A stretch of 39,701 bases of DNA from a virus (Duplodnaviria; Caudoviricetes). Within the stretch, counting starts at the first letter, position 1. The number at the start of each line of letters is the position of its first letter. The stretch covers positions 1 to 39,701 of IMG/VR virus record IMGVR_UViG_3300030231_000303, one strand, 5' to 3'. A program made the translations under genes and the position numbers. Shown here in pieces: positions 18,379 through 27,983 of this stretch. Below the pieces are notes generated by a model that did no database searches, was not told the DNA's origin, and worked only from the letters and a program-made list of their open reading frames with translations.

Positions 18379-20292
18379 TTATCCGAAAGCAACGTAAGTT
18401 TGTAATGCGTATGCAGATTCAAGTTTGTCTATAGATCCATCAAATATTGTTGACACATTTACATCACCTGTAATATTGGGAGGTACTGGTGGAAGAGAAG
18501 GTATTTCAATATTCTTTCCGCCTTGATTTATCACAAGGGGTGCTATACCACCACCACCCTTACTTTCTACTGGTTCTATGTTTTTATTACTACTAACTGT
18601 ACCACCACCAACTAAACCACCACCTTGGAATGCTGGCAGCGTTCTATATGACGTATCTATATTTTCTTTTTCATCAAGTTTCCTCGCTAATTCTCGTTTC
18701 TTTTCTGTTGCTCTCGCAGCATCACTCCTGTTGAGAAGTCGTGTAAATTGTTGGGCATCCATATCAATTGTTCCACCTATAACATCATCTATTGTTTTAT
18801 CTTCAAATCCTTCGATTGCGTTTATTCTTTTCATCAGATCTTCCTGATGTTCTATTATATCAGGCATTCCTACACTAGCAATATCCTCTGTAAGAATTCT
18901 TTCACCTTCTAGAGTGCTGTCTTTATCAGTGGTTCTGAATTTCTCAGTTGTCTGCATACTTAATCCTGGCAAACCTCTACCAAGATTTTTTTCTTTAAAT
19001 GAATCAAAGTCACGATTAAAGAATTTATCTAGCATTCCTCGTTTTTTTGTACTATCAGTTGTTTTATCAGTAAATCTTGTAGATCCTGAAACTAACATGT
19101 TTGGGTTCGTTTGTCCAAACCGATATCCTAGAGTATCATAACTTGGTCTATTAGTTCCACCTCCTGCAGCATTCATTGCTAAAAGTTTATCAGCACCAAT
19201 CTTATCAACTGCTGATTTACTCATAACAACTTCACCAGGAGTCAGCATCGCAGGAACTGTATCAGTATTTCCAGAACCAGGAACTTGTCCACCTTTATTC
19301 ATGCCCAATCTTCCCATCTCTTGCTTTGCATCTTCATCTGTCACACTACCGCCCATGAGATCCTTCATAGGAATGGTATCTTCTTTAGGATCAGAAGTTG
19401 GGATTACTGTTGACTTTGATTTAGCATCGACTTTACTAGTATTAGAATTTTCCTTTTTTGATTTTACATCGGACAGCATAGAACCAAGTGGTCCACTGTC
19501 AATGTCGTCAGGATTTTGTATAGTAGATTCTTGTTTTTTTTCTTTAGTTTGATCAATATCCACTAATGTAGTATTAAATCTAGTAAGTTGACTACTAAAC
19601 CTATCTACATCACTTTCTTTTAGTAATGAATCTTTCTTTGTTGCTTGTATAGTTTGTTTTCTTTTATTATCAGCACTTCCAGCTAAAGCTTTACCAGTTA
19701 GCAATAATCCCCCAAGAGTTGCTAGTGCTAAGATACCCTTTGCTTTACCACCTCCCAACATTCCAAGTCCACCTGCAACCATTCCACCTGTACGTAGTCC
19801 TCCACCAAGACCACCAAGACCACCTAAAATTCCTTTTGCAGCTAATATTCCAATAACACCCTGTGCAATTTCTGGTAAGAACGCTGCTGTTCCTAATCCA
19901 ATACCCTGTGCTGCACCTCCAATATCTCCTTGAGCAAGTTCGTTTGCTGCAATACCAAATGATGCTAGTCCTATTACCTTACGTAGATCAAAAAGAGCAG
20001 CAGTCTGAAATCCTTGCTGTTGTTGTATATCTTTTTTGAGTAATTTCTGCTCTGCTTCAAAATATTTACGTCTTGCTCTTATATCTCTTTGTATCTCAGA
20101 TTGGATACTCTTCATGTTATTGTTGAGTTGTTCCATCTCAAGAATAACACGACCCAAACCTCTAATCTGAGGTCTTTCTACTGGAGTGCCGTCTTGCACT
20201 TTGAGCAACATTCTCTCATAGGCAGATTCCATCCTACGTTCCAAAGGAACCATAGGAGTTTGGGGTTCTACTGCTCTACCAGGAGTTTGCAT
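18379..20292 (-). CDS. Tape-measure-like / gp29-like baseplate hub protein
   Basis: 637 aa: coiled-coil N-terminus, hydrophobic Gly-rich segments and a GGQVPGSGNTDTVPAMLTPGEVVM motif typical of tape-measure proteins. Confidence 0.55.
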   Translation of the reverse strand: MQTPGRAVEPQTPMVPLERRMESAYERMLLKVQDGTPVERPQIRGLGRVILEMEQLNNNMKSIQSEIQRDIRARRKYFEAEQKLLKKDIQQQQGFQTAALFDLRKVIGLASFGIAANELAQGDIGGAAQGIGLGTAAFLPEIAQGVIGILAAKGILGGLGGLGGGLRTGGMVAGGLGMLGGGKAKGILALATLGGLLLTGKALAGSADNKRKQTIQATKKDSLLKESDVDRFSSQLTRFNTTLVDIDQTKEKKQESTIQNPDDIDSGPLGSMLSDVKSKKENSNTSKVDAKSKSTVIPTSDPKEDTIPMKDLMGGSVTDEDAKQEMGRLGMNKGGQVPGSGNTDTVPAMLTPGEVVMSKSAVDKIGADKLLAMNAAGGGTNRPSYDTLGYRFGQTNPNMLVSGSTRFTDKTTDSTKKRGMLDKFFNRDFDSFKEKNLGRGLPGLSMQTTEKFRTTDKDSTLEGERILTEDIASVGMPDIIEHQEDLMKRINAIEGFEDKTIDDVIGGTIDMDAQQFTRLLNRSDAARATEKKRELARKLDEKENIDTSYRTLPAFQGGGLVGGGTVSSNKNIEPVESKGGGGIAPLVINQGGKNIEIPSLPPVPPNITGDVNVSTIFDGSIDKLESAYALQTYVAFG

Positions 20293-20467
20293 GTTGTGCT
20301 TGTTGTGCTTCTAACTTTTGTTTCTCTAGGAACTTGACGAGATATCCAACATAAACTTCTCTTTCCCAAGGTATCATAGACTCAATATCACTAAGACTCC
20401 AGTTGTGATGCTGCATCAAAGCAAAATTTGCTTCCATCATAGCATCAATGCTGGTATGATATAACAT
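20276..20467 (-). CDS. gp51: Baseplate hub assembly catalyst
   Basis: NFALMQHHNWSLSDIESMIPWEREVYV is the gp51 signature; directly follows gp26. Confidence 0.85.
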   Translation of the reverse strand: MLYHTSIDAMMEANFALMQHHNWSLSDIESMIPWEREVYVGYLVKFLEKQKLEAQQAQHANSW

Positions 20468-21192
20468 TATGCGAAAAAATTTGCCAATCCCTCAATTACG
20501 ACTTCAGATTCTACATCTGTTTTTGGATTAGTAATCTTTCCTTTATACTGTAACTTAGGCATGGTTGCAAAAAATTCTTCAACCTTTTGAAACTGTGCCG
20601 AACTCAATTGTTCAATGAATGCTACTAACTCTTTGTTAGTACAATCACTTGCAGACCATGATTCTTCTGCAGTGTATATTTGATCAATAGAGTCAGCGAC
20701 TGCTTTGAATGCTTCACTAATTCTATCTTTATCACTTCCAGCAACACTAAAATTAGTATCTAGAAATTGCTTCATTGATGGATATTTCATTTTTACAGAA
20801 ATTCCACCATCCAAATCTATAGTATCGGAGTGTTCATCAGGAACATCCAATTTTATATCAGATAATGCTATGGTCAATGGAACCTTAGTTTCTCCGTCAT
20901 CTTGACAAGTTGCTAAAAGTTCAACCTTTTCACCAACAGACTTACCTCTAATATTCAAAAACAAATACTCTAACTCAAAACTAGGTAACTCTTCAACTTT
21001 TATTCCACGAGATAAAATACATGATTTTAGAACTTCTTTGATTGTAGCAGTAATGTCTTTATCATTACCACTCTCCATTGCAATCAAAAGAGCCTTTTCC
21101 TCTTTTACAAGAAATGGTCTATATTTTACTGTTTTCGATGTAGAAATTAGTTTTAATTCAAATGTAGGTGCTACGACCTTAGGCAATGGCAT
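20467..21192 (-). CDS. gp26: Baseplate hub subunit
   Basis: MPLPK..P.FEL...YRPFLVKEEKALL...FELEYLFLNIRGKSVGE...EGLANFF is the gp26 signature. Confidence 0.9.
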   Translation of the reverse strand: MPLPKVVAPTFELKLISTSKTVKYRPFLVKEEKALLIAMESGNDKDITATIKEVLKSCILSRGIKVEELPSFELEYLFLNIRGKSVGEKVELLATCQDDGETKVPLTIALSDIKLDVPDEHSDTIDLDGGISVKMKYPSMKQFLDTNFSVAGSDKDRISEAFKAVADSIDQIYTAEESWSASDCTNKELVAFIEQLSSAQFQKVEEFFATMPKLQYKGKITNPKTDVESEVVIEGLANFFA

Positions 21193-21213
21193 AGTAATTC
21201 ACTTCAGTGGCTT

Positions 21214-21221
21214 TATTTATA
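21214..21221 (-). promoter_or_regulatory. T4-type late promoter TATAAATA
   Basis: Exact TATAAATA 21 nt upstream of the gp26 ATG. Confidence 0.7.
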
Positions 21222-21227
21222 GGGTTA

Positions 21228-21947
21228 TTATAGACTAGATTTGGCAAGAACCTCACCAGTTCTAGAAGTACGTTGAATAGAATAATTTTCGTACTTAAAA
21301 GTAACTGATGTTTTTATTAGTTCTGCCTTACCATATGATAATGGTGCTGACACTATAGAAGTAGGAAATGCTTGCTCAATAAAGTAAGTTATACTACTAG
21401 GTGTTCTTACACCAGGATGATCTGTCAATCTATCAGGCGGTCCTTTTACATCCTTACTAAATGCAGTTATTTCCATGGGAATTTTATACGTATTAGGATA
21501 TCTCATTTTTCTAAAAGAACTCAATCTTGTCAATGGAACTTGAACTTCATTTGGAGAAATAAATTCCATCCAAGAATTGAATATATCATTTGTCATATAG
21601 TTTTGCTGAGTATACCAAGTAAGGGTAATATCAGGAAACCTTCTAAAGGTAGCATAATGTTGAGACATACCTTGCCTTAGTCCATCAACTGTTGATGTTT
21701 GAAGGTCGGAACCAGGCAAAAGTGCCTCAGAACAATACAAAGCAAGACTAGATCCTACTGATTTATTAGTATAATGCTTATTTTGCTCTTCAACAAAACT
21801 GCTTAGTTGAGAACTTGCAGCAAAATTTATAAACACATCGTAAATATTATTAAAAGCAGGTACATTACTACCAAACTTCGATCCAGTTTCGTATAATTCG
21901 CTAGTTGGTAGATAATATCTCCTAGAGTTTATGGTATCTGATGCCAT
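21228..21947 (-). CDS. Baseplate tail-tube initiator, gp54-like (tube fold)
   Basis: LYCSEALLPG...ITLTWY...FNSWMEFI...AFPTSIVSAPLSYG....KTSVTFKY is a gp19/gp54 tube-family pattern; divergent from gp4. Confidence 0.65.
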   Translation of the reverse strand: MASDTINSRRYYLPTSELYETGSKFGSNVPAFNNIYDVFINFAASSQLSSFVEEQNKHYTNKSVGSSLALYCSEALLPGSDLQTSTVDGLRQGMSQHYATFRRFPDITLTWYTQQNYMTNDIFNSWMEFISPNEVQVPLTRLSSFRKMRYPNTYKIPMEITAFSKDVKGPPDRLTDHPGVRTPSSITYFIEQAFPTSIVSAPLSYGKAELIKTSVTFKYENYSIQRTSRTGEVLAKSSL

Positions 21948-21984
21948 ACCTTCTAAATATAAGATGCTTAGTTATATACTATGT

Positions 21985-22419
21985 ATGTCATATAAAGGAA
22001 AGTTTAGACCAAAAAACCGCAAAAAGTACAAAGGTAATTCAAGTAATATTACTTACAGATCTCTTTGGGAACTAAAATTCATGAATTATTGTGATTCAAA
22101 TAAAGATATTATAACTTGGTCATCAGAAGAGATAATAATACCATATAGATCACCAGTTGACAATAGATCCCATAGATATTTTCCAGATTTTTATATCAAA
22201 TACAAAGATGTAAGAGGAAAAATACTTGAAAAGATAATTGAAGTCAAACCTGCTAAAGAAGTAAAAGAACCAAGAATACAAAAAACAAAAACTAAGAAGT
22301 ATGTTACTGAAGTGATGAAATATGCAGTAAACCATGCAAAATGGGAAGCAGCAGAAGACTTCTGTAAAGATAGAAGATGGGAATTTCAAATACTAACGGA
22401 GAAAGAACTTGGAGTTTAG
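21985..22419 (+). CDS. gp4: Head completion nuclease
   Basis: MSYKGKFRPKNRKKYKG...YRSLWE..FM.YCD...W.SEE..IPY...HRYFPDF...IEVKP...N.AKWEAA..FC is the T4 gp4 signature. Start moved from 21931 to the MSYKG ATG at 21985. Confidence 0.9.
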   Translation: MSYKGKFRPKNRKKYKGNSSNITYRSLWELKFMNYCDSNKDIITWSSEEIIIPYRSPVDNRSHRYFPDFYIKYKDVRGKILEKIIEVKPAKEVKEPRIQKTKTKKYVTEVMKYAVNHAKWEAAEDFCKDRRWEFQILTEKELGV

Positions 22420-22810
22420 AAACACCTTTCCTAAATCAAAGACAACAGGCACACCTGTACCTGGTCATCTAATGCTGTTTCAATATGGTGCAAAAACTGC
22501 AGAAAAATTGAGATATTATGACAGAAACCCTTTATGTTATATTATAGCAAGTCAATCTAATGTTTTCTGGGGTGTCAACTTACACTATTATGCACCAGAT
22601 GAACGAGAAATGATAATGGAATGGATAGATGAAGCAAATCCAGCAGAACTTCCTAAGGGATACCATAAATACCTAAAATCCTATGTCGATACGTTATTCT
22701 TGGATATAGCAATGGAAGAATGGGAAACTGCATTTAATTTACCTATAGAAGAGTTCATCAGAGATCTCGGAAGTGTTGAGATGCCTGTTAGTAAAACGAG
22801 GGTGTGGTAA
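22409..22810 (+). CDS. gp2: DNA end protector protein, gp2-like
   Basis: G.LMLFQY.AKT..KL.YYDRNPL...FWGVNLHY...HKYL.S.V...EWETAFNLPIEEF resembles gp2; GTG start. Confidence 0.7.
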   Translation: MEFRNTFPKSKTTGTPVPGHLMLFQYGAKTAEKLRYYDRNPLCYIIASQSNVFWGVNLHYYAPDEREMIMEWIDEANPAELPKGYHKYLKSYVDTLFLDIAMEEWETAFNLPIEEFIRDLGSVEMPVSKTRVW

Positions 22811-24429
22811 TGTCTGATAAACTATCAATACTAGAAGACGGTAGAATGTCTCAGAATTTTGAATACACGGTCACATCTGAGGGAAAAAGCATAAAAGTAA
22901 GAGAAAGTTTAGATTTAGATATTCAAAATGGTAATTATGGTAAAACAAATAAAGTAGTATACAAAAGTAAAAAGAGACCCTTTAATTGGGTAACAGTAAA
23001 TCCAAATAGTTTAATAGGTGAAGCAATTACCAAAGATGCAGATGGAGGAAGAGGCAATGCGTTTAGAAGTGCTGTTGATGACGTATCAGTCTTAGCAAGC
23101 AAACAAACAACTAGAAATGAAAGAACTCATGAAAATGCTTTACGTGAGTCTGGAATGTATGATGTTGCAAGAGGATTTACTTCACATTCAGGAACAGAAT
23201 TTCCAGACAAAACAAAAAATAAAGATGTTTCTGTAAAAGAAGAAGGAAAAAAAGAAGATACCAGTCCAGCACCAATCACTAAAACACCCGATAAAGACCC
23301 TGAAGTCCTAAGATATCCAGCAGACCTACCAACAGATCAAGATTATATCTTGATTGAGGCGTTTGAATACACCGCACCTCAAGCAGATAGTCTAGCAAAA
23401 CATGGAAATGTTAAAGTGCGAAATAATGCTAAGGGTCAAGGTAATCAGCTTGTAGGTCCAAATCAAAATAGAAGAGGTGCTTCTACTTTTAAGGAAAAGT
23501 ATATGGATCTTCGTGATAAAAAAACACAGGAACAATATGGTTTTGCTAATACCACTAATGCAGGTTTGTCTAGAGGTAGTAACATAGGTAATGCAAAAAC
23601 ATCCAAAGGTATGGTAAAACTACCAATACCAAACGCTATCAAATCAAGCAATGGAGTTGATTGGGGTGAAGGTAGAGTAAATGCTCTAGAAGCAGGTGCT
23701 TTTATGGGAGTTCAAAATCAAATATCAAGTCTTCTCGGTGGAAAAACAAATATAGCAGGTGCTACAAAATCTGGACTAGATGGAATCAAAGAAACTTTTA
23801 ATAAACTGCCAGAACTAGGGGGAGGACAATCTGGACAACTCATATCATCAGTTCTCTCAAAAACAGCATTAGCACAAGTAGGGATAAATGTTGATCCAAG
23901 TCAAATGATCGCAAGATCTACTGGTATGGCAATCAACCCCAATTTAGAATTATTGTTCTCATCACCTAAACTTAGAACATTTACCTTTGTATTCCAATTT
24001 GCACCTGATGATGAGGTAGATGCAACAGCAACAAGAAAAATACAAAGATTTTTCAAACAAGGTATGTTACCCTCAAAATCAAATAACACGGGTGAAAAAT
24101 TATATCTAGGTTCACCACATGTATTCAGATTATGTTATAAAAATAAAGGAAAAAGAATAAAAGGTTTGAATATTTTTAAAATATGTGCATTGACTGCATG
24201 TGAAATCAACTTTACACCAGAGAATGTATATCAAGCATATGAGGATGAAAAAGCAGTGTCAATGCCAGTTAGAAGTTTTATGACTCTAACATTTACAGAA
24301 CTTACACCTATATTCTCTAATGATTATGATCATAACTTTGTAAGTAAGAATGTTGACCCAAGTTTAGCAGACTTAGGTCTAAACATAGTAGGTGAAAACA
24401 ACATCACAGACGACGACATAGGATTCTAA
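22810..24429 (+). CDS. gp48: Baseplate tail-tube cap
   Basis: LRYP...LPIPN.I...N.V.W...NPNLELLF..P.LRTFTF.F.F.P...I..FFK...CAL....NFTP...MPV...TLTFTELTPI is the gp48 pattern. Start taken at the TAATG-coupled ATG at 22810. Confidence 0.85.
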   Translation: MSDKLSILEDGRMSQNFEYTVTSEGKSIKVRESLDLDIQNGNYGKTNKVVYKSKKRPFNWVTVNPNSLIGEAITKDADGGRGNAFRSAVDDVSVLASKQTTRNERTHENALRESGMYDVARGFTSHSGTEFPDKTKNKDVSVKEEGKKEDTSPAPITKTPDKDPEVLRYPADLPTDQDYILIEAFEYTAPQADSLAKHGNVKVRNNAKGQGNQLVGPNQNRRGASTFKEKYMDLRDKKTQEQYGFANTTNAGLSRGSNIGNAKTSKGMVKLPIPNAIKSSNGVDWGEGRVNALEAGAFMGVQNQISSLLGGKTNIAGATKSGLDGIKETFNKLPELGGGQSGQLISSVLSKTALAQVGINVDPSQMIARSTGMAINPNLELLFSSPKLRTFTFVFQFAPDDEVDATATRKIQRFFKQGMLPSKSNNTGEKLYLGSPHVFRLCYKNKGKRIKGLNIFKICALTACEINFTPENVYQAYEDEKAVSMPVRSFMTLTFTELTPIFSNDYDHNFVSKNVDPSLADLGLNIVGENNITDDDIGF

Positions 24430-24430
24430 A

Positions 24431-25084
24431 ATGGCTTATTTCGACCAACACCCAGACTTAATTCTACCATCATTTTCTCCAAATAGAAATTCTAGTGGTG
24501 ATTCTTACATAACAAAAAATCTCTTCAAAAGAGGAAAAATTAGAGAAGATTTTTTCCAAAATGCAGTTGCTTTTGAGAAATATCTTGTCGTAGGTGACGA
24601 TAGACCAGATAATGTTGCAGAAAAAATATACGGAGATTCTGAGTTAGATTGGATTGTCCTCATATCAAATAATATCTTGAATGTTAGAGATGAATGGCCT
24701 ATGAGTCAATATGACTTGCAAAGGTATTTAAACAATAAGTACAACCCTGAACAATTGACTCAAATACATCATTATGAAACAAAAGACATTAGGGATGAAG
24801 AAGAAGTATTAATCTTAGAAGGGGGATTGACTGTTGATGCTAATTTTACATTCAAGTATAATTACAATGGAACTAACTATTCTCTATCAGGTTCGGATGT
24901 TCTAGATTCGTTCACAAATTATGATTTTGAAATTAATAAAAATGATTCAAAAAGGGATATTTTTACTATAAGGTCAAATTACCTTGATATGATAATAGAG
25001 GACTTGAGAGATATTATGACATATAAGGATAGTTCTCAATATATCAATAAAAAGACAAAATCGGGCGATAATATAAGAGTCTAA
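24431..25084 (+). CDS. gp53: Baseplate wedge component
   Basis: KNLFKR...DRPDNVAEKIYGDSELDWIVLISNNI.NVRDEWP...IHHYET is the gp53 signature. Confidence 0.9.
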   Translation: MAYFDQHPDLILPSFSPNRNSSGDSYITKNLFKRGKIREDFFQNAVAFEKYLVVGDDRPDNVAEKIYGDSELDWIVLISNNILNVRDEWPMSQYDLQRYLNNKYNPEQLTQIHHYETKDIRDEEEVLILEGGLTVDANFTFKYNYNGTNYSLSGSDVLDSFTNYDFEINKNDSKRDIFTIRSNYLDMIIEDLRDIMTYKDSSQYINKKTKSGDNIRV

Positions 25085-25158
25085 AAAAACCTATAGGCAA
25101 AAAAATACCCCGAAGTTTTTTTCGGGGTTTTTTGGAACTAAAAGTCGATTTTGCCTGT
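25085..25158. repeat. Copy 1 of ~70-nt intergenic element; contains a probable bidirectional terminator between convergent gp53 and gp32
   Basis: AAAAAATACCCCGAAGTTTTTTTCGGGGTTTTTT: an ACCCCGAA/TTCGGGGT stem flanked by A- and T-tracts. Near-identical to 39492-39560. Confidence 0.75.
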
Positions 25159-25161
25159 ATA

Positions 25162-26049
25162 TTATTCTTCTGCTAGACGCTGAAAGTATGACAGTGCATC
25201 GTCATCATCTTTTGGAGAATTTACAATAGGTGACGCAGTTACTAATTCAGGTTGAGCAGTTTTGATCTCTACCTCTTCATCAGCAACCTCAGGTGCAACC
25301 TTTGGTCTAGATGCATTTAGTACTTGGTCTAAACGCTTCTGCAAATCATCATATGATTTGAACTGATCAGCAGCAGTGAACTCAGAGAGTGAGTACTGCT
25401 TCTTCCATAATGCCTCTAGTGCATCATCATCTTCCAGAAGAGCACCAGTAGCAGCAAATTCACTGCTATCGTAATTGCGATATCCCGCCACATTTTTTGC
25501 TTTTAGTTTAAAGTTTGCACCTGCCCAGAAATCGAATGGATCGATTGCTTCCTCATCCTCAAACTCAGGTTGCATTGCTGCAGTAATCTTATCAAAGATT
25601 TTTTTACCAAACTTATATAAGAATACCTTACCCTCATTCTGTGGGTTGGTTGGATCTTTTACAACATAAATGTTGCTGATGTAACTAAGCTTACGCTTCT
25701 GTTTACGTGCTAAATCCTTATCAGCATCGTTCCCACTGTTCCAAAGTAGTCTGTTGTACTCAGAGACAGGATCTTTACCACCAAGAGTAGTAAGACTGTT
25801 CTCAATGTACCAACCACCTGGTCCTTGGAATGCATGTGACCATACTTTCGCCCAAGGTAACTCTTCACCGTTAGGTGCAGGTAGGAAACGAATAACGGCA
25901 TAACCGTTACCTGCCTTGTCTACTTCCAATTTCCATAATCTCTCGTCAGCACCACCAGTGCCTCCCTTATTCATTTTTTCTATCTCAGTGGTCAGTTTGG
26001 AAGTTAGACTGCCCAAGCGAGATTGCTTTTTCAGATTTGCAAATGACAT
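25162..26049 (-). CDS. gp32: Single-stranded DNA-binding protein
   Basis: DERLWK..VDKAGNGYAVIRFLP...HAFQGPGGWYIENSLTT...YKFGKKIFDKI...YRNYDSSEF with an acidic tail. Confidence 0.95.
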   Translation of the reverse strand: MSFANLKKQSRLGSLTSKLTTEIEKMNKGGTGGADERLWKLEVDKAGNGYAVIRFLPAPNGEELPWAKVWSHAFQGPGGWYIENSLTTLGGKDPVSEYNRLLWNSGNDADKDLARKQKRKLSYISNIYVVKDPTNPQNEGKVFLYKFGKKIFDKITAAMQPEFEDEEAIDPFDFWAGANFKLKAKNVAGYRNYDSSEFAATGALLEDDDALEALWKKQYSLSEFTAADQFKSYDDLQKRLDQVLNASRPKVAPEVADEEVEIKTAQPELVTASPIVNSPKDDDDALSYFQRLAEE

Positions 26050-26077
26050 ATTTGTCGTATTAGTTGGATTTATGTAT

Positions 26078-26106
26078 ATTATACACTACTATTTAGGTAT
26101 TGTCAA
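26078..26106 (-). promoter_or_regulatory. Consensus sigma70 promoter for gp32 (TTGACA-N17-TATAAT), with a CTAAATA late-like motif in the spacer
   Basis: - strand TTGACA atacctaaatagtagtg TATAAT, 28 nt upstream of the gp32 ATG. Confidence 0.8.
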
Positions 26107-26602
26107 CCCTTGATATAACAAGGTTTGCGAGGAATTTATGACCTTCCTCATTAGGATGTCCACGAGGTGCTCTAGGATATGGATCATTGGTAACATAATC
26201 AACAGGAACCTTCGTATCATGTTGTATTGATAGTATAAAATGAGGTCTATCTTTTAGTATAGATTTCATAGCATGATACATTATCATCTCATCTATCTTA
26301 CCATACTCATCAGTGTACATGTCTTTCAAAAAAGGATGAGGGACTGATGTCTGAATTCTTTGCCACCCATCATTATAAAACTCTGTTCTCATTCTTTTTG
26401 TCATTTGTATAATAAACATCTCATACTGTGACAGATCATGACTCAGTAAATTCCTTAGTATTCTTCTGTTACTACCACCACCCACAGCAATATTATAATC
26501 TTCTACTCCAAAATGATTAGCAACTAACCTACTATATCTTTTAGTTTCTTTATCATCAAGTTCTGCTCCCATAGTAACAGAGCAACCATCAAAATAAATC
26601 AT
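26093..26602 (-). CDS. SGNH/GDSL-hydrolase-like protein
   Basis: N-terminal DGCSVTMG (GDS-like block I), NIAVGGGSN (block II) and C-terminal GHPNEEGHKFLA (block V). Confidence 0.6.
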   Translation of the reverse strand: MIYFDGCSVTMGAELDDKETKRYSRLVANHFGVEDYNIAVGGGSNRRILRNLLSHDLSQYEMFIIQMTKRMRTEFYNDGWQRIQTSVPHPFLKDMYTDEYGKIDEMIMYHAMKSILKDRPHFILSIQHDTKVPVDYVTNDPYPRAPRGHPNEEGHKFLANLVISRVDNT

Positions 26603-26823
26603 TTAGTATACCAAAGAATAATAAGACCTGGTATTATAATAAAAAATTGTGGTAAGAAGTTCATTACTATAGCTTTCTCACCCATCTTGTTGCCAACGTA
26701 GACCCATCCTGCTGCTCCTATCATCTGCAAAATACTATTCCAAGGAGTCCATCCCATTACATGAAAAACCATAGCAATGGGTATTATGGTAGCACTAGTC
26801 CATTTTACTACATCAAGTCTCAT
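26599..26823 (-). CDS. Small multi-pass membrane protein
   Basis: 74 aa with about three hydrophobic segments; overlaps both neighbours. Confidence 0.6.
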   Translation of the reverse strand: MRLDVVKWTSATIIPIAMVFHVMGWTPWNSILQMIGAAGWVYVGNKMGEKAIVMNFLPQFFIIIPGLIILWYTK

Positions 26824-27016
26824 CTTCCTGTTGTCTAAAAACTAATAACTCTTCACCGTCTTGAACATCCTTCATCTCTGGATGTATGTTTCTTTTTCTC
26901 ACTGGTTTATTCATGTCTTCCAAAGATGCACTAGTCATCTTCCACATGAATGCAAACGTTGCACCTGCTGTTGCAGCAAACATGAGAAAGTATAAGAAGA
27001 CAGTAAAGTTATTCAT
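26813..27016 (-). CDS. DUF2973-like small membrane protein
   Basis: N-terminal TM helix followed by HPEM.....EELLVF, similar to the cyanobacterial DUF2973 motif. Confidence 0.55.
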   Translation of the reverse strand: MNNFTVFLYFLMFAATAGATFAFMWKMTSASLEDMNKPVRKRNIHPEMKDVQDGEELLVFRQQEDET

Positions 27017-27654
27017 GTTTCATCTTTAGATTTGTATGCCCACTCTGTAGTATGTCCCACACTCCACTTCTCTGTGTTCTCTACCATATAATTCTGTGAG
27101 CACACCTCGAAGTCTGGTGTCTTTCTCTCCTCTGGTATCAAACTCATGTCTCTCCACTGTACTCTATTGTTTGGTTGTGCTGCAAACTGTCCGTTGTCTA
27201 GTGCTATAACATTGAATGACTTATGTTCTGGGTCATCCTGACTGTAGTTTGTGTTCAATGTTGATGACTGTGCATGACAGTTGTCGATAGTAAAACAATA
27301 CTGTCCATCATGCATCTGTTTATCCTTACCAAAGAAGGAGCAACGATTGAGTAATGGTTTCTCTATGACAGTCAAATCATAATCAAAACAATCCCATAGT
27401 TGGAGTGTGTCTAGTGGTAGTAGTTCGTCAGGATTGTAGTCTGTCTTCCACACAAATGCACTAAGTGGTAACTTATCAAACAATGCACCGTAATCTGTCA
27501 ACAATGTCTCAAAGTACAATGCTTTGTGCTGCACACTCTTGACTGATATCCATGTGCCAGGTGTTATCTCACCATGACCTTTCTGATGGTCGTATAAAAA
27601 TTCTTTTCTCACATGCACCGAGTACGGTGGTAAATTATGAATCAAAAATGACAT
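27013..27654 (-). CDS. Conserved phage hypothetical protein
   Basis: 213 aa: VRKEFLYDHQKGHGE...LQLWDCFDY...EHKSFN.IALDNGQFAAQPNNRV, a pattern recognisable from marine T4-like phages. Confidence 0.7.
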   Translation of the reverse strand: MSFLIHNLPPYSVHVRKEFLYDHQKGHGEITPGTWISVKSVQHKALYFETLLTDYGALFDKLPLSAFVWKTDYNPDELLPLDTLQLWDCFDYDLTVIEKPLLNRCSFFGKDKQMHDGQYCFTIDNCHAQSSTLNTNYSQDDPEHKSFNVIALDNGQFAAQPNNRVQWRDMSLIPEERKTPDFEVCSQNYMVENTEKWSVGHTTEWAYKSKDET

Positions 27655-27983
27655 TAGTGTTTTAGTGTAGATTGTAAAGCGTTGAGTGTGACTTTCATGT
27701 TCTTGAATATACTACCAAGATCTGCGTCACCAAATCCCATTTCTTTTGACCCCTTCTCTAAGTTCTGTTTCATTATTTTTGCAGAAGGATCATCTGATAA
27801 TGATAGTCTTGTCCACATTATTTCTTGCTTCTCTAGTAACTCTTTTACAGTTTCAATGTGATGCCACTTAGCTTCATCACTCATCTTAGGAAAATCTTTT
27901 ATAACCTCATACAATTCTTTCTGTAAATCCATGATGTCTTCCATCTCACCACGGACAGTTTCTGATTGAAAAAACTCACTCAT
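27654..27983 (-). CDS. DUF1825-like protein
   Basis: MSEFFQSETVRGEM...LLEKQEIMWTRLSLSDDPSA matches the cyanobacterial/cyanophage DUF1825 pattern. Start moved to the ATG at 27983, which follows a GAGG RBS. Confidence 0.65.
   Translation of the reverse strand: MSEFFQSETVRGEMEDIMDLQKELYEVIKDFPKMSDEAKWHHIETVKELLEKQEIMWTRLSLSDDPSAKIMKQNLEKGSKEMGFGDADLGSIFKNMKVTLNALQSTLKH

Noticed and set aside
145-21680. Many + strand ORFs in the track (e.g. 145..570, 13266..13619, 14737..15033, 17729..18397)
   Set aside because: They are antisense shadows of long - strand structural genes; the Pro/Ser-rich translations mirror Gly-rich codons and show no family motifs.
21931-21984. N-terminal extension of gp4 given by the track
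   Set aside because: It overlaps the divergent gp54-like start; gp4 homology begins at MSYKG (21985).
21985-25084. + strand block as a recent inversion or mobile element
   Set aside because: gp4-gp48-gp53 in opposite orientation is the usual layout in T4-like cyanophages; no recombinase or flanking inverted repeats were seen.
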